Origin: a virus
Length of the DNA: 64,000 bases
Direction: 5' to 3' (one strand)
IMG/VR virus record: IMGVR_UViG_3300003691_000002
Location: 1 to 64,000 of that record
Positions 1-9,806 of the stretch are shown here, piece after piece. The notes under the pieces are model-generated. The model did not search any database, was not told where the DNA came from, and was given only the letters and a program-made list of their open reading frames with translations. The stretch's first letter is position 1. Each line of letters opens with the position of its first letter. Made by a program: the position numbers and the translations under genes.

Positions 1-39
1 AAAGTCTATTTGGTTTGAACGCAAATGATTGGGAAATAA

Positions 40-258
40 TATAACCTGAGTTATTATACCATAGCTGGCTATTCGGCAAACCCAATGGGTTATCTGGAAC
101 TAACAGCAGGAGATGATATAACACTTGGCTCTACACTAACTGGGAACAGCCATCCAACAGAAACTAACAATAGTTGGACTGGGTTTAGCATAATCAATCT
201 TGACAGCTTAGTTCCCACAAGTACACCAACAACTAAACGATATTTTATAATATCTTAA
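40..258 (+). pseudogene. Orphan 3' gene fragment (...VPTSTPTTKRYFIIS*), probably from a tail-fibre-like gene
   Basis: Frame open from 40 to TAA at 256-258, preceded by in-frame stops at 16-18 and 37-39; S/T/G-rich composition; an internal ATG (85) could give a short protein. Confidence 0.35.
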
Positions 259-261
259 TTA

Positions 262-924
262 ATGAAATATTATAAAGACATACCAATGAACTTACGCAAA
301 GACTATAAGAAGAGAATGACTGGTAGATTCTGGTTACTCCTCAAGGCACGCTGTAAGTTTAATAAAATGTATAAGAGAAGACGTGAGTTATTTGAGATGG
401 GTAAACCTGAATGTAACTTAAATCTTCCAGAAGACCACATCTATTGGTTCTTTAATTGCTCTGAAGAAGTATGTGATAAATTAGACTACGTCTCATGTGT
501 CTATGGGGATAAAAACTTCAGAAACAAAGTAGGCTTTAACTATGATACTGCTTCCCCCAAGCAAAAGAAGAAACAAGCCAGATTGTGGTTAATCAAGAGA
601 AACCCATTATGGAATAGAATCCTACGCGAGGGAATAGAACTTGTAGGGAATAACCGTAAGTTGATTAAAATTATAACCTCCACAGGAGGTGCTTCAGAAT
701 GGAATTGGCGTGATAAGAGTGACCCAGGATATCAATGTATCATCTTCAAAACAGAAAATGGTATTAAAACATTCAGGTATTCTTACACTATTCCACTCTC
801 AAAGATAAATCCTATACACCTGATAGGCAGGCTGTTAGGATACAGATACAGAAATGTAATGCGTGGCGCAGGCAACTCACGTTATATCTATAAAAACAGA
901 TGGTTTAAAAAGCTCACCACCTAA
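262..924 (+). CDS. Hypothetical basic protein, visibly more GC-rich than the rest of the window
   Basis: 220-aa ORF with ATG start; no recognisable motif. Confidence 0.7.
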   Translation: MKYYKDIPMNLRKDYKKRMTGRFWLLLKARCKFNKMYKRRRELFEMGKPECNLNLPEDHIYWFFNCSEEVCDKLDYVSCVYGDKNFRNKVGFNYDTASPKQKKKQARLWLIKRNPLWNRILREGIELVGNNRKLIKIITSTGGASEWNWRDKSDPGYQCIIFKTENGIKTFRYSYTIPLSKINPIHLIGRLLGYRYRNVMRGAGNSRYIYKNRWFKKLTT

Positions 925-1077
925 TATTGATAGTGCTACAACTGCGTCAAGTAACATAAAAAAAATCTTATAGTACAAGAAAGTCTTATACCTGGTTTAG
1001 GAATAAATGATTGGGTTGTAATATCACCCGTTAAGCCATAATTATTAATTAAATTTTAAAAGATAAAAATAACTAAA

Positions 1078-1377
1078 ATGACATTTGAACAAATATATCA
1101 TACAATAAGTTTAGGTTCTATTTTAGCAATTGTTGGAATAATTGTCAAAGGTATACAATTTATTAAATCTTCTACTACTCATCAAACCAATATTGTTAAT
1201 CAAATTAACAATAATAGAAAAGAAATAGAGCGTATTGAAAAAGATTTATTAAGCATCAAAGATAAAATGGAATCAGATAAAGACATTATTTTAAAAAAAA
1301 TAGGTGAGTTAAGTGATAATACTCAGTCTAGATTGGATAAAATTCACGAATTAATTATAGGAATAATTCAAAAATAA
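1078..1377 (+). CDS. Holin/spanin-like membrane protein (one N-terminal TM helix plus coiled coil)
   Basis: Hydrophobic ISLGSILAIVGIIVKGI, then heptad-rich region; lies just upstream of the endolysin. Confidence 0.55.
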   Translation: MTFEQIYHTISLGSILAIVGIIVKGIQFIKSSTTHQTNIVNQINNNRKEIERIEKDLLSIKDKMESDKDIILKKIGELSDNTQSRLDKIHELIIGIIQK

Positions 1378-1378
1378 T

Positions 1379-1825
1379 ATGGAAATAGTCTTAATAAGAT
1401 ATAATAGTGCAGAAGATTATACTGATGGGATTTTAATTATTGATGATGTTTTTGAATGTTATACATTAGAAGATGAATACAGAACTAAAAAAGTATACGG
1501 GGAAACCAGAATTCCAGATGGAACTTACTTCGTCGAACTTAGGACTGAAGGTAAATTACATCAAAGATACAAAGACAAATTTGGCGAAGATTTCCATAAA
1601 GGTATGCTTTGGGTTAAAGATGTACCTGGATTTCAATATATTCTTTTCCATATAGGTAATAATGATGATGATACTGCTGGATGTATATTAGTAGGATCTA
1701 CTGCAGATAAAGATAGAAATTTTATAGGTTCTTCTACAGCTGCTTATAAAGATATGTATCCTGTAGTTAGAGATGCTATACTTGACGGAGAATCCGTTAC
1801 AGTTACAATTCAAACTATTGCATAA
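1379..1825 (+). CDS. DUF5675-family putative endolysin (peptidase)
   Basis: Motifs CYTLED, ETRIPDGTY, ILFHIGN...TAGCILVG characteristic of DUF5675; located in lysis cassette. Confidence 0.8.
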   Translation: MEIVLIRYNSAEDYTDGILIIDDVFECYTLEDEYRTKKVYGETRIPDGTYFVELRTEGKLHQRYKDKFGEDFHKGMLWVKDVPGFQYILFHIGNNDDDTAGCILVGSTADKDRNFIGSSTAAYKDMYPVVRDAILDGESVTVTIQTIA

Positions 1826-2382
1826 TGAGTACAGCTTTAGAAAGACTTAATAGCAGGCAAAATGTAAACGAAAATAAACTTTCTAGACAAGAAAAAAGGA
1901 AAGCACGTAGGAATGCCAAAAAAGGTAAAACTTATAAAGAAAGAAATGGGACTACTCGTGTAGGAGATTTTTTAAGAGGTTTAAAAAATGCTGCTCCAGA
2001 ATTAGTAGAAGCAGCAGGTAAAATAACAGGAATTCCAGGTTTACAAGCTTTAGGAGAACTTATTTCAGGTGATGCACAATTAACTGACTTTGAAAAGCAA
2101 ATAGCTTTAAAAGAGTTAGAAATGGACATGATTGAAATGCAAGAGTTAACTAAGAGACTTCAATCTGATAATGAACATTTAATTACCAGATTAGTTCGAC
2201 CAGTTAGTTATGCATTTGTTCTTCTTAATTTAGGTATTTTAATGTATTTTGATGGAAATGTAGGAGAGTTTACTATTGATAAAGAATGGTTACCTACAAT
2301 AAAATCACTAGCTTTGACTATGACTGGTTTTTACTTTGGAAGTAGGGGCATAGAAAAAGTTATTAAAACAATGAATGGATAA
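1825..2382 (+). CDS. Holin (GTA 3TM-holin-like)
   Basis: RLVRP followed by TM helices and a C-terminal GFYFGSRGIEK motif; adjacent to endolysin. Confidence 0.7.
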   Translation: MSTALERLNSRQNVNENKLSRQEKRKARRNAKKGKTYKERNGTTRVGDFLRGLKNAAPELVEAAGKITGIPGLQALGELISGDAQLTDFEKQIALKELEMDMIEMQELTKRLQSDNEHLITRLVRPVSYAFVLLNLGILMYFDGNVGEFTIDKEWLPTIKSLALTMTGFYFGSRGIEKVIKTMNG

Positions 2383-2606
2383 TGCAGTTTTTAGATGATT
2401 TTTTACAAAGTAATTCCAAGTGGTTGATAATTTTAATATTTTCAGCAGGACTAGTATATTCAGAATTTCAAGGAGTTAAAAGACAACAATCTACTTTAGA
2501 GCGTAGATTAGAAAATAAAATAAATATAATTAATGAGCAAGATGATGTTATACATGATTTAGAGTTAAGGTTGACAAGGTTAGAAACTACTCCCTGTACA
2601 AATTAA
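2382..2606 (+). CDS. Small membrane protein with coiled coil (lysis accessory, spanin-like)
   Basis: TM segment WLIILIFSAGLVY then coiled coil ...LELRLTRLE; coupled TAATG start. Confidence 0.5.
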   Translation: MQFLDDFLQSNSKWLIILIFSAGLVYSEFQGVKRQQSTLERRLENKINIINEQDDVIHDLELRLTRLETTPCTN

Positions 2607-2617
2607 TTAAAAAAAAC

Positions 2618-2648
2618 TTGCATATATGAAAATTTTTTCGTATATTTG
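2618..2648 (+). promoter_or_regulatory. Bacteroidetes sigma-A type promoter (-33 TTG, -7 TAnnTTTG)
   Basis: TTG 2618-2620, 20-nt spacer, TATATTTG 2641-2648, in the intergenic gap; same geometry recurs at 9772-9802. Confidence 0.7.
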
Positions 2649-2672
2649 TAGTTATATTAAATATAATTTTAT

Positions 2673-3602
2673 ATGGAATTAAATGAAATTAAAGAGTTTC
2701 TTAGAAATAAGCCTGGATATTTAAAAGAAGGTAAAAAAAGACTAAGAGATATTTTAAGAAAACAGGGATTTGCAACTACTTTGTATACCTGCGCTCAAGC
2801 ATTAAGAGAGGTTAATGCAGAATTAAGTGTTAAACCTAGTTTAAAAAAAGAACCAAAAATTTTATTTTATGATATTGAAACTGCTTATGGCCTAGCAAGA
2901 GTATGGAGACCAGGGTGGAAAGTAAAAGTATCTTATAGAGATTTTGTAGAGCATCCTAAAATTATTTGTATTTCTTGGAAATGGAATAATAGTGATGAAG
3001 TACATACTGTTTATTGGGATAAAAATAAAAATGATAAAAAATTATTAGAAACTTTTATACCAGAATTAAATAAAGCAGATTTTATTGTTGCTCATAATGG
3101 GGATAAATTTGATCTTCCTTGGATAAGAGCAAGGGCTTTAGCAAATAATATACCAATGTACCCTAGATATACCGCTGTGGACACATATAAGGTGGCTAGA
3201 AACACTTTTAAGTTCCCAGCTAATAGATTAGATGATATAGGTGATTATCTTGGCTTAGGACGCAAATTAAACGCTCCTTATGAATTATGGACAAAAGTTA
3301 TTGATGAGAATTGTAGAGAAACTTTAGATGAAATGATAAAATATTGTGAACAAGATGTTTTCTTATTAGAAGCTGTTTATAATAAATTATCTGAATTTAC
3401 TCTACCAACTCTTCATAATGGTACGCTTAATGGAGAAACAAAACAAACTTCTCCTTATACAGGTACAACAAATATAGAACATATTAAAACAACTACTACA
3501 AAAGCAGGTACAAAAAAACATACTATGCTTTGTAAAGATACCAATAGGTATTTTGAAATGTCAAATACAGATTACAATAAATTTAAGTTAATTAATCAAT
3601 AA
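2673..3602 (+). CDS. RNase H-like (DnaQ/DEDD) 3'-5' exonuclease
   Basis: FYDIET, AHNGDKFDLP and YCEQDV motifs. Confidence 0.85.
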   Translation: MELNEIKEFLRNKPGYLKEGKKRLRDILRKQGFATTLYTCAQALREVNAELSVKPSLKKEPKILFYDIETAYGLARVWRPGWKVKVSYRDFVEHPKIICISWKWNNSDEVHTVYWDKNKNDKKLLETFIPELNKADFIVAHNGDKFDLPWIRARALANNIPMYPRYTAVDTYKVARNTFKFPANRLDDIGDYLGLGRKLNAPYELWTKVIDENCRETLDEMIKYCEQDVFLLEAVYNKLSEFTLPTLHNGTLNGETKQTSPYTGTTNIEHIKTTTTKAGTKKHTMLCKDTNRYFEMSNTDYNKFKLINQ

Positions 3603-3611
3603 TTTCTTACA

Positions 3612-4310
3612 ATGACACTAAATAAACTAATTTATGACGTAAGAGAGGCTCTGAGTCTTTATACTGATGATACAGAAGTATCAGATAGGTATATTATCTA
3701 TTTATATAATATTATACGTGCTGATTATTTAAGAAAAGATTTAAATAATTACCAACGCTCCTATGATATTTCTATAACTCAGACTTTTTGTGAGTCATTA
3801 GAGTTAGTGTCAGCAAATGAATGTAACGTAGATATAGAGTGTGATCAACTATTAAGAACTAGTAGACCTATACCTACCCCCTTAGAATTGCATACAAAAG
3901 TAGCTCTTAGCAGTGTAAAGCCCACTAATAGACTTGCTATACCTTTTAATTTTATTACTAAAAGGAGAGCTGCTTTTTTGCATGGGGCTAAAATTAAAAA
4001 AGCTTTGTATGCTTTTTTAGATGAAGATGGGTATATCTATGTAACTGCTCCTTCTGGAAATGAGCATAAATTATTGGATTGTTTAACTATAACTGGTGTT
4101 TTTGAAGACCCTTTAGAATTACAAGATTATACAGACTGTTGTGGATGTACTCCAGAAGAAGCTCCTTGTTTTACTTATGATAATACAGATTACCCATTAC
4201 AACCTCATTATGTAAATATTATAAGAGATGAGGTTGTTATGAAACTTGTAAATAAATTTAAACTTCAAGAAGACAAAATTAACGACGATATAAATGATCA
4301 AACGAGGTAA
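3612..4310 (+). CDS. crAss-like structural (ring/neck) protein
   Basis: ITGVFEDP...DYPL pattern typical of crAss ring proteins; conserved position before IHF-like and tail tubular genes. Confidence 0.65.
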   Translation: MTLNKLIYDVREALSLYTDDTEVSDRYIIYLYNIIRADYLRKDLNNYQRSYDISITQTFCESLELVSANECNVDIECDQLLRTSRPIPTPLELHTKVALSSVKPTNRLAIPFNFITKRRAAFLHGAKIKKALYAFLDEDGYIYVTAPSGNEHKLLDCLTITGVFEDPLELQDYTDCCGCTPEEAPCFTYDNTDYPLQPHYVNIIRDEVVMKLVNKFKLQEDKINDDINDQTR

Positions 4311-4797
4311 AAGTAAAATAAAAGTAGATTATGGGATGCCTGATTATTATAAGTTTTATAAAAAAAACTTAGAAAATCCTGTAGATAAACATAAATACAA
4401 ACAAGTCATAGAAGATTTTAATTTAGAATTACAAGACCTTTTGCTTTTTAAAGGAGTAACTTATAAAATGCCTGGTTTAAATTTTGAACTAGTACTTAAA
4501 AAATCAAAAAGAACTTCTAAAGTAAAAGACGGAAAGCTTTATACAAACATCCCTATTAATTGGGTAGCTACTAGAAAAATGTGGGAAGAGCATCCTGAAA
4601 CAAAAAATAATAGGTATGTAAGATACAATAATTCTCATAGTAATAACTATGTATTTAAGATATATTTAAAAAAATTTAAATCTGCTTTTAAATTTAGAAG
4701 CCTTTATAAATTTGATATTGTAAGACAATTTAAAAGAAAAATAGGGAAAGAAATAAAAAATCCTGATAATAATATTGATGCTTATTTACTCTACTAA
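4294..4797 (+). CDS. crAss-like IHF/HU-like DNA-binding protein
   Basis: INWVATRKMW...YNNSHSNNY motif, basic; syntenic position. Confidence 0.65.
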   Translation: MIKRGKSKIKVDYGMPDYYKFYKKNLENPVDKHKYKQVIEDFNLELQDLLLFKGVTYKMPGLNFELVLKKSKRTSKVKDGKLYTNIPINWVATRKMWEEHPETKNNRYVRYNNSHSNNYVFKIYLKKFKSAFKFRSLYKFDIVRQFKRKIGKEIKNPDNNIDAYLLY

Positions 4798-4799
4798 TT

Positions 4800-5615
4800 A
4801 TGTTCAACGGAAAATACATATCATTAAAAGAAATATTATGGCAAGTATATAACTTACCATATACAGAAGAATTAAATTATACAGATGCAGCAGAATATGC
4901 TGTAGATGCTATAAGGTTAATAGGAGCTCCTTTAGCTTATATTGACAAGGTAGAAGCTACTTCATTAGTAGAATATAAAGCAGCTTTGCCTGATAATATT
5001 ATTACTATTAAAGGAGTTAAATTATTAAATGCAGGAGGGCAAGATATTGCTCTTAGAAGAGCCACTGATCTTTATCATCCTTCTATTCCTTGTAATGATT
5101 CTGGTCCTTCTATAAATACAGATACTACAGATTTACCCAATAGTCCTTATGATGAATCAAATCAAGGAGTTAACACTTCAGTTGTAGACACAGAAGCAGG
5201 TACTACTGGAGAAAGAATGAGTGAGTATACTTATATTACTAACGGAGGAGTAATACAAAGCTCTGTAAAAGAAGGAAATATAGAAATAGCTTACCAAGGA
5301 CTTGCTTGTGATACTGAAGGATTTCCTTTAATACCTGATAATATACAGGTAAAAGAAGCTATTAGATATTATATTACTTACAGATATTTAGAACCTTTAT
5401 GGGGTGCAGGAAAAGTAACTGATAAATGGTATAATAATGTAGAGCAAAAAAAATCTTTTTATATGGGCGCTGCAAACACTTCTATGCAGTTGCAAGGTAT
5501 AGATCATTTAGAATCTACTATGAACGCAGTAAATAGACTTATTGTAAATGATAAAGCTTATGATAATTTCTATATTGGGGCAGGACAAAGAGAACGTATT
5601 AAAAGGTATCATTAA
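4800..5615 (+). CDS. Tail tubular/ring protein (P22 gp4-like)
   Basis: IAY...DTEGFPLIPD...EAIRYYI motif; directly upstream of the stabilization protein. Confidence 0.75.
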   Translation: MFNGKYISLKEILWQVYNLPYTEELNYTDAAEYAVDAIRLIGAPLAYIDKVEATSLVEYKAALPDNIITIKGVKLLNAGGQDIALRRATDLYHPSIPCNDSGPSINTDTTDLPNSPYDESNQGVNTSVVDTEAGTTGERMSEYTYITNGGVIQSSVKEGNIEIAYQGLACDTEGFPLIPDNIQVKEAIRYYITYRYLEPLWGAGKVTDKWYNNVEQKKSFYMGAANTSMQLQGIDHLESTMNAVNRLIVNDKAYDNFYIGAGQRERIKRYH

Positions 5616-8600
5616 TGGATAAATCATCTAAATATACATACAGAGGTATAAATCAAGATATATCAAAGGGTAAACATCTACCTGAATATTATTTTGAAGC
5701 CCAACATATTAGGATATTAGCTACTGATACACAATCTTCTTTAGGGGTATCTAATGAAAAAGGAAATGAAGCAGTAATAATTATTCCTTATGTAGATATT
5801 GATACTAATACTAAAGAAATAACTGTTTCAGAAACAGATTTTACAGGAGAAGTAATACAAACACTTTTTTATACTAATTCTGAAATAGATACTCAAATAT
5901 CTAATAGTTTACTTCCCGCTTCTTCTCAAGGGCAAAAGATAATAAGCACTGTAGATACTAGGGAAGGTATTGTTATTTTTACTACAGATGATTTAGGAAT
6001 GGATTGTATATGGTATGTCCCTGCTGTATTGCAAGGAGATTATACCATTAATTTACTATATGTAAGAAATCTTAACTTTAGCAGTAATAACCCAATTCAA
6101 GCTATATTTAATTATGAAAATGATATTATAGAGAAAATATATTGGGTAGATGGCAACAACCAACTTAGATTTCTTAATTTAGACCATAGTATTGCTAATG
6201 GAGATAATGAAGAATTAATTGATATTAATTCTAATACTATAAATTTTGTAGGTAACTTTGATTTGTCTCAGCCTGTTGTAACAGGTGTATTACAAGGAGG
6301 AGGTCATACATCTGGTATGATTCAGTATGCATACAATCTTTATAGACTTAATGCGTCACAAACTACCCTATCCCCTGTTACAGATTTAATACCTTTAGGT
6401 AAAGGAGATAACTTAGGAGGAGGTGATGTAAATGAAGTTGTAGGAGCTACTCCCGTTATTACTATTGATAATATTGACCCTGAATATACTAATATCAGGT
6501 TATATGCAATTAAATACACGTCTTTAAATCAAGACCCTAGTGTTAGTTTATTAGCAGACAGAGAAATAAATTCTTCAAATTCTTTTACTTATTTTGATGA
6601 TGGAACAATAGAACAGACTGTTTCTATTGAAGAACTTCTTTTTTTAGGTAGTAGTCCTATTATACCTCAACATATAGAGACAAAAGATAACATCTTATTT
6701 TCTGCTAATATTAAACAAAACAATTTTGATGTAGATTTAGATTGTAGAGCTTTTAGTTATCTACAAGGAACAAGTACTAGTTATATATTAAATAATATTA
6801 TTCCTGATGACGGCTTTACTTTAAGCATTCCAAATGCTATTACAGGTATAAATGTTCAAGATGCAGGTAGTGATGTAGTACAAGTAGATGGTACCTTTAG
6901 TAATATTCCTGAAGAATTTGATTGTATAAATCCTAACTATGATTTTTATAGATACAAAATTAATAGTAATGAGCAGGGAGGAACAGGTAAATATGTGGAA
7001 TATTCTATTAATCCTTTAAATGTATCTAATTCTTCTAGAAAAAGATTCTTTAAATCTGATGAAATATATAGAATAGGCATTGTATTTTATAACAGATTAG
7101 GTCAAAAAACCTTTCCTAAATGGGTAGCTGATTTAAAAGCTCCCACAAAAAACTTAGAAGGAAGTTATAATATTCTTGAGGTTTCTTTAACTGCAGAATT
7201 TTATACTTGGCTTGCTAATGATGCTAATTTTGAAACTGAAGATGATAGACCTACTGGTTATAAAATTATAAGAGCAGACAGACAGTTTAAAGACAGGACT
7301 GTATTGTATCAAGGTATATTATCTTCTGCTATGTTTCAGGTAAAAGGAGATGCAGCTAAAACTTACGAAGATTATTATACGTTATCTAATAGGCAAGCTG
7401 TTCAAGATGATGCTGTAAAAATGCCTTCTTGGGCTATTAGACCTTTTGAATCTAGGTTATATTTACAACCTGATATTGGCGGAGGCTCTAATGTAACTAG
7501 TGGTAGAGTTATAGAAACATTGCATCTTTCTTGGTTAAATGATGCTTTGGATATAAATGACGCTAATTCTACAGATGGAGGGGAGATTCATACCGCTGTA
7601 CAAAGAGACAATAAAATATCTCAAACTTTTCAGCATACTAAAATGATGCAATTTTTTAGTCCTGAAATTATGTTTGATTTAGCTTCTACTAAAGAAGGGT
7701 TAGAGTTAAAAGTAAATGGGGTATGCGTAACTACTAATGAAGTAGTAAGATCACAAGAAACTTTTATTGCAACATCTTTAAGAAAAAATGGAGGTAAATT
7801 TGAATATTTTCCTACTAGACAAATTATAGATGATTTTAATATAGCAGATACTTTTAATACTCCTGGAGGTAGAAGTCCTCGTTATATAGGTCCTTCTGGC
7901 GCGTCTGATACTGTAGATTTTTATCAATTCTATAGGGAGTTTAATTCCTTTGAAAGAAACACTAATAATAATACTTACCCTATTTATGGAAAACCTGAGC
8001 TTTTAATAGAAGGACAAAAGGAAATTTCTTATAATGGCGACCCTAAATATAAGTTTATTAATAGCTTAGAAATATTTGCATCTGATGGCAATTTAGATGA
8101 TTGTAGTAATGGAGATGTTAACTGTACTCCTATTGTAAGTATAAATTCTTGGGCTAATAAAAGCGCTTTAATAGTATTAGGAGATGCAAATGACACTACT
8201 AATGCAAGAACTAAGTTAGAAGATTTATATACAGATACTAGTAATACAAACCCTAATGGGGTTATTTCGGTAGATGTTATTGTACCTGTGCTGAATGTAT
8301 ATTTTGGAAATATATATGGGGGAAATAGCTTTGAAGATAAAAAACTTAACACTTATTATGAGATAGGTAGTTATACAGACATTCAAACTAATAATGTTTT
8401 TATTGATTCTCCTGGAGATACTTATGTTCAAAACTTCCAATTTTTAAGAATAGGTAAGACAAACACAGAAACATTTGATACAGGTATTCCACAATTTAGT
8501 GAAATTATATCTTTTCCTGTAGAAACAACTGTAGATTTAGAAAATAGAAATGATTTTAGTATATTTGATTGGGATAGTAATTTTCAACCTACTTTTGAGC

Positions 8601-9739
8601 AATATACAAATTATAATACAGTTTATTCTCAACAACCTACTTTAATCCCTTTTGTAAGCACTGGTAGTAATTTTAAACCTGTAGAGTTATTTGATACTAG
8701 AGTATATGCTTCTAAAGTAAAAATACCTGGAGAAGATATAGATAGTTGGACAGATTTATTAATAAATGAATTTGAAGATTTAGACGGTAAATATGGTCCA
8801 ATTAATGCTTTAGTTAATTTTAAAGACAATTTATATACTTTCCAAGATGAAGCTATAGCAGGATTATCTATTAACCCAAGGGTTCAAATACAAGGCTCTG
8901 ATGGAGTTGCAGTAGAATTAGGTACAGGAGAGGTTTTATATGATGTTAATTATATAACTACTGTATCTGGCTCTATAAATAAATGGGGAGTGTTATCTAC
9001 TAATAAAGGTATTTATTATTATGATGCTTTAAATAAAGGATTAGGAAGAGTTCCTGACGCAGTAGGACCTATTCTTTCAGATGTTAAAGGGCTTCATACT
9101 TATTTTAATAATAATTATAATTATAATGATCTTAAAATAGACAATCCTTTACTTGGTACTGGAGCATTATTAGGATATGATAACTTTAACAAAGATGTTT
9201 ATATATCTCTTTTACAAGGAGAAGAATCCTTTACTAGGTTATTCAATGAAAATCAAAATGAATTTGTCGATTTAAAATTATATTATCCTAGAAATTATAT
9301 ATATAAAGGACCCAGAATGTTGCTTACTAATAGTGATAGAACTAAAATTTATGAGCAATATGCAGGAGATTACAATAAATATTTTGAAGAAAGAATACCT
9401 TCTAAAATAACATTAATGTTAAATCCAGATAGTGATTATGTTAAGGTGTTTAATAATATTATATTTAATTCTGAAGTATACTTAGAAGATATTGAACAAC
9501 CCCAACGTACGCTTACTCATATTAGAGCTTATTCTGAACACCAAGATTCTGGAAGAATTCCTTTATTAATTTCTAGATCAAGTAATGTTAGGAGAAAACT
9601 AAGAGCTTGGAAAGCAGATATTCCTAGACAAGGTAGACAAAGAATGAGAAATCCTTGGATATTTTTAGAATTAGAATATGATAATACATATAATGGTAAA
9701 TTTATATTACATGATATTATAGTAAATTACACATTATAA
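5615..9739 (+). CDS. Tail stabilization/muzzle protein (P22 gp10-like)
   Basis: 1374 aa, beta-rich; IYWVDG, YRIGIVFYN, GDTYVQ, LDGKYGPIN and RMRNPW motifs of the crAss Tstab family. Confidence 0.85.
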   Translation: MDKSSKYTYRGINQDISKGKHLPEYYFEAQHIRILATDTQSSLGVSNEKGNEAVIIIPYVDIDTNTKEITVSETDFTGEVIQTLFYTNSEIDTQISNSLLPASSQGQKIISTVDTREGIVIFTTDDLGMDCIWYVPAVLQGDYTINLLYVRNLNFSSNNPIQAIFNYENDIIEKIYWVDGNNQLRFLNLDHSIANGDNEELIDINSNTINFVGNFDLSQPVVTGVLQGGGHTSGMIQYAYNLYRLNASQTTLSPVTDLIPLGKGDNLGGGDVNEVVGATPVITIDNIDPEYTNIRLYAIKYTSLNQDPSVSLLADREINSSNSFTYFDDGTIEQTVSIEELLFLGSSPIIPQHIETKDNILFSANIKQNNFDVDLDCRAFSYLQGTSTSYILNNIIPDDGFTLSIPNAITGINVQDAGSDVVQVDGTFSNIPEEFDCINPNYDFYRYKINSNEQGGTGKYVEYSINPLNVSNSSRKRFFKSDEIYRIGIVFYNRLGQKTFPKWVADLKAPTKNLEGSYNILEVSLTAEFYTWLANDANFETEDDRPTGYKIIRADRQFKDRTVLYQGILSSAMFQVKGDAAKTYEDYYTLSNRQAVQDDAVKMPSWAIRPFESRLYLQPDIGGGSNVTSGRVIETLHLSWLNDALDINDANSTDGGEIHTAVQRDNKISQTFQHTKMMQFFSPEIMFDLASTKEGLELKVNGVCVTTNEVVRSQETFIATSLRKNGGKFEYFPTRQIIDDFNIADTFNTPGGRSPRYIGPSGASDTVDFYQFYREFNSFERNTNNNTYPIYGKPELLIEGQKEISYNGDPKYKFINSLEIFASDGNLDDCSNGDVNCTPIVSINSWANKSALIVLGDANDTTNARTKLEDLYTDTSNTNPNGVISVDVIVPVLNVYFGNIYGGNSFEDKKLNTYYEIGSYTDIQTNNVFIDSPGDTYVQNFQFLRIGKTNTETFDTGIPQFSEIISFPVETTVDLENRNDFSIFDWDSNFQPTFEQYTNYNTVYSQQPTLIPFVSTGSNFKPVELFDTRVYASKVKIPGEDIDSWTDLLINEFEDLDGKYGPINALVNFKDNLYTFQDEAIAGLSINPRVQIQGSDGVAVELGTGEVLYDVNYITTVSGSINKWGVLSTNKGIYYYDALNKGLGRVPDAVGPILSDVKGLHTYFNNNYNYNDLKIDNPLLGTGALLGYDNFNKDVYISLLQGEESFTRLFNENQNEFVDLKLYYPRNYIYKGPRMLLTNSDRTKIYEQYAGDYNKYFEERIPSKITLMLNPDSDYVKVFNNIIFNSEVYLEDIEQPQRTLTHIRAYSEHQDSGRIPLLISRSSNVRRKLRAWKADIPRQGRQRMRNPWIFLELEYDNTYNGKFILHDIIVNYTL

Positions 9740-9771
9740 TAAATTATATTATAATTATTGTTAAAAATTAT

Positions 9772-9802
9772 TTGCTTTTTGTACAAATTTTTTGTATATT
9801 TG
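9772..9802 (+). promoter_or_regulatory. Bacteroidetes sigma-A type promoter for the cargo/RNAP operon
   Basis: TTG 9772-9774, 20-nt spacer, TATATTTG 9795-9802; ATG at 9807. Confidence 0.7.
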
Positions 9803-9806
9803 TAAG

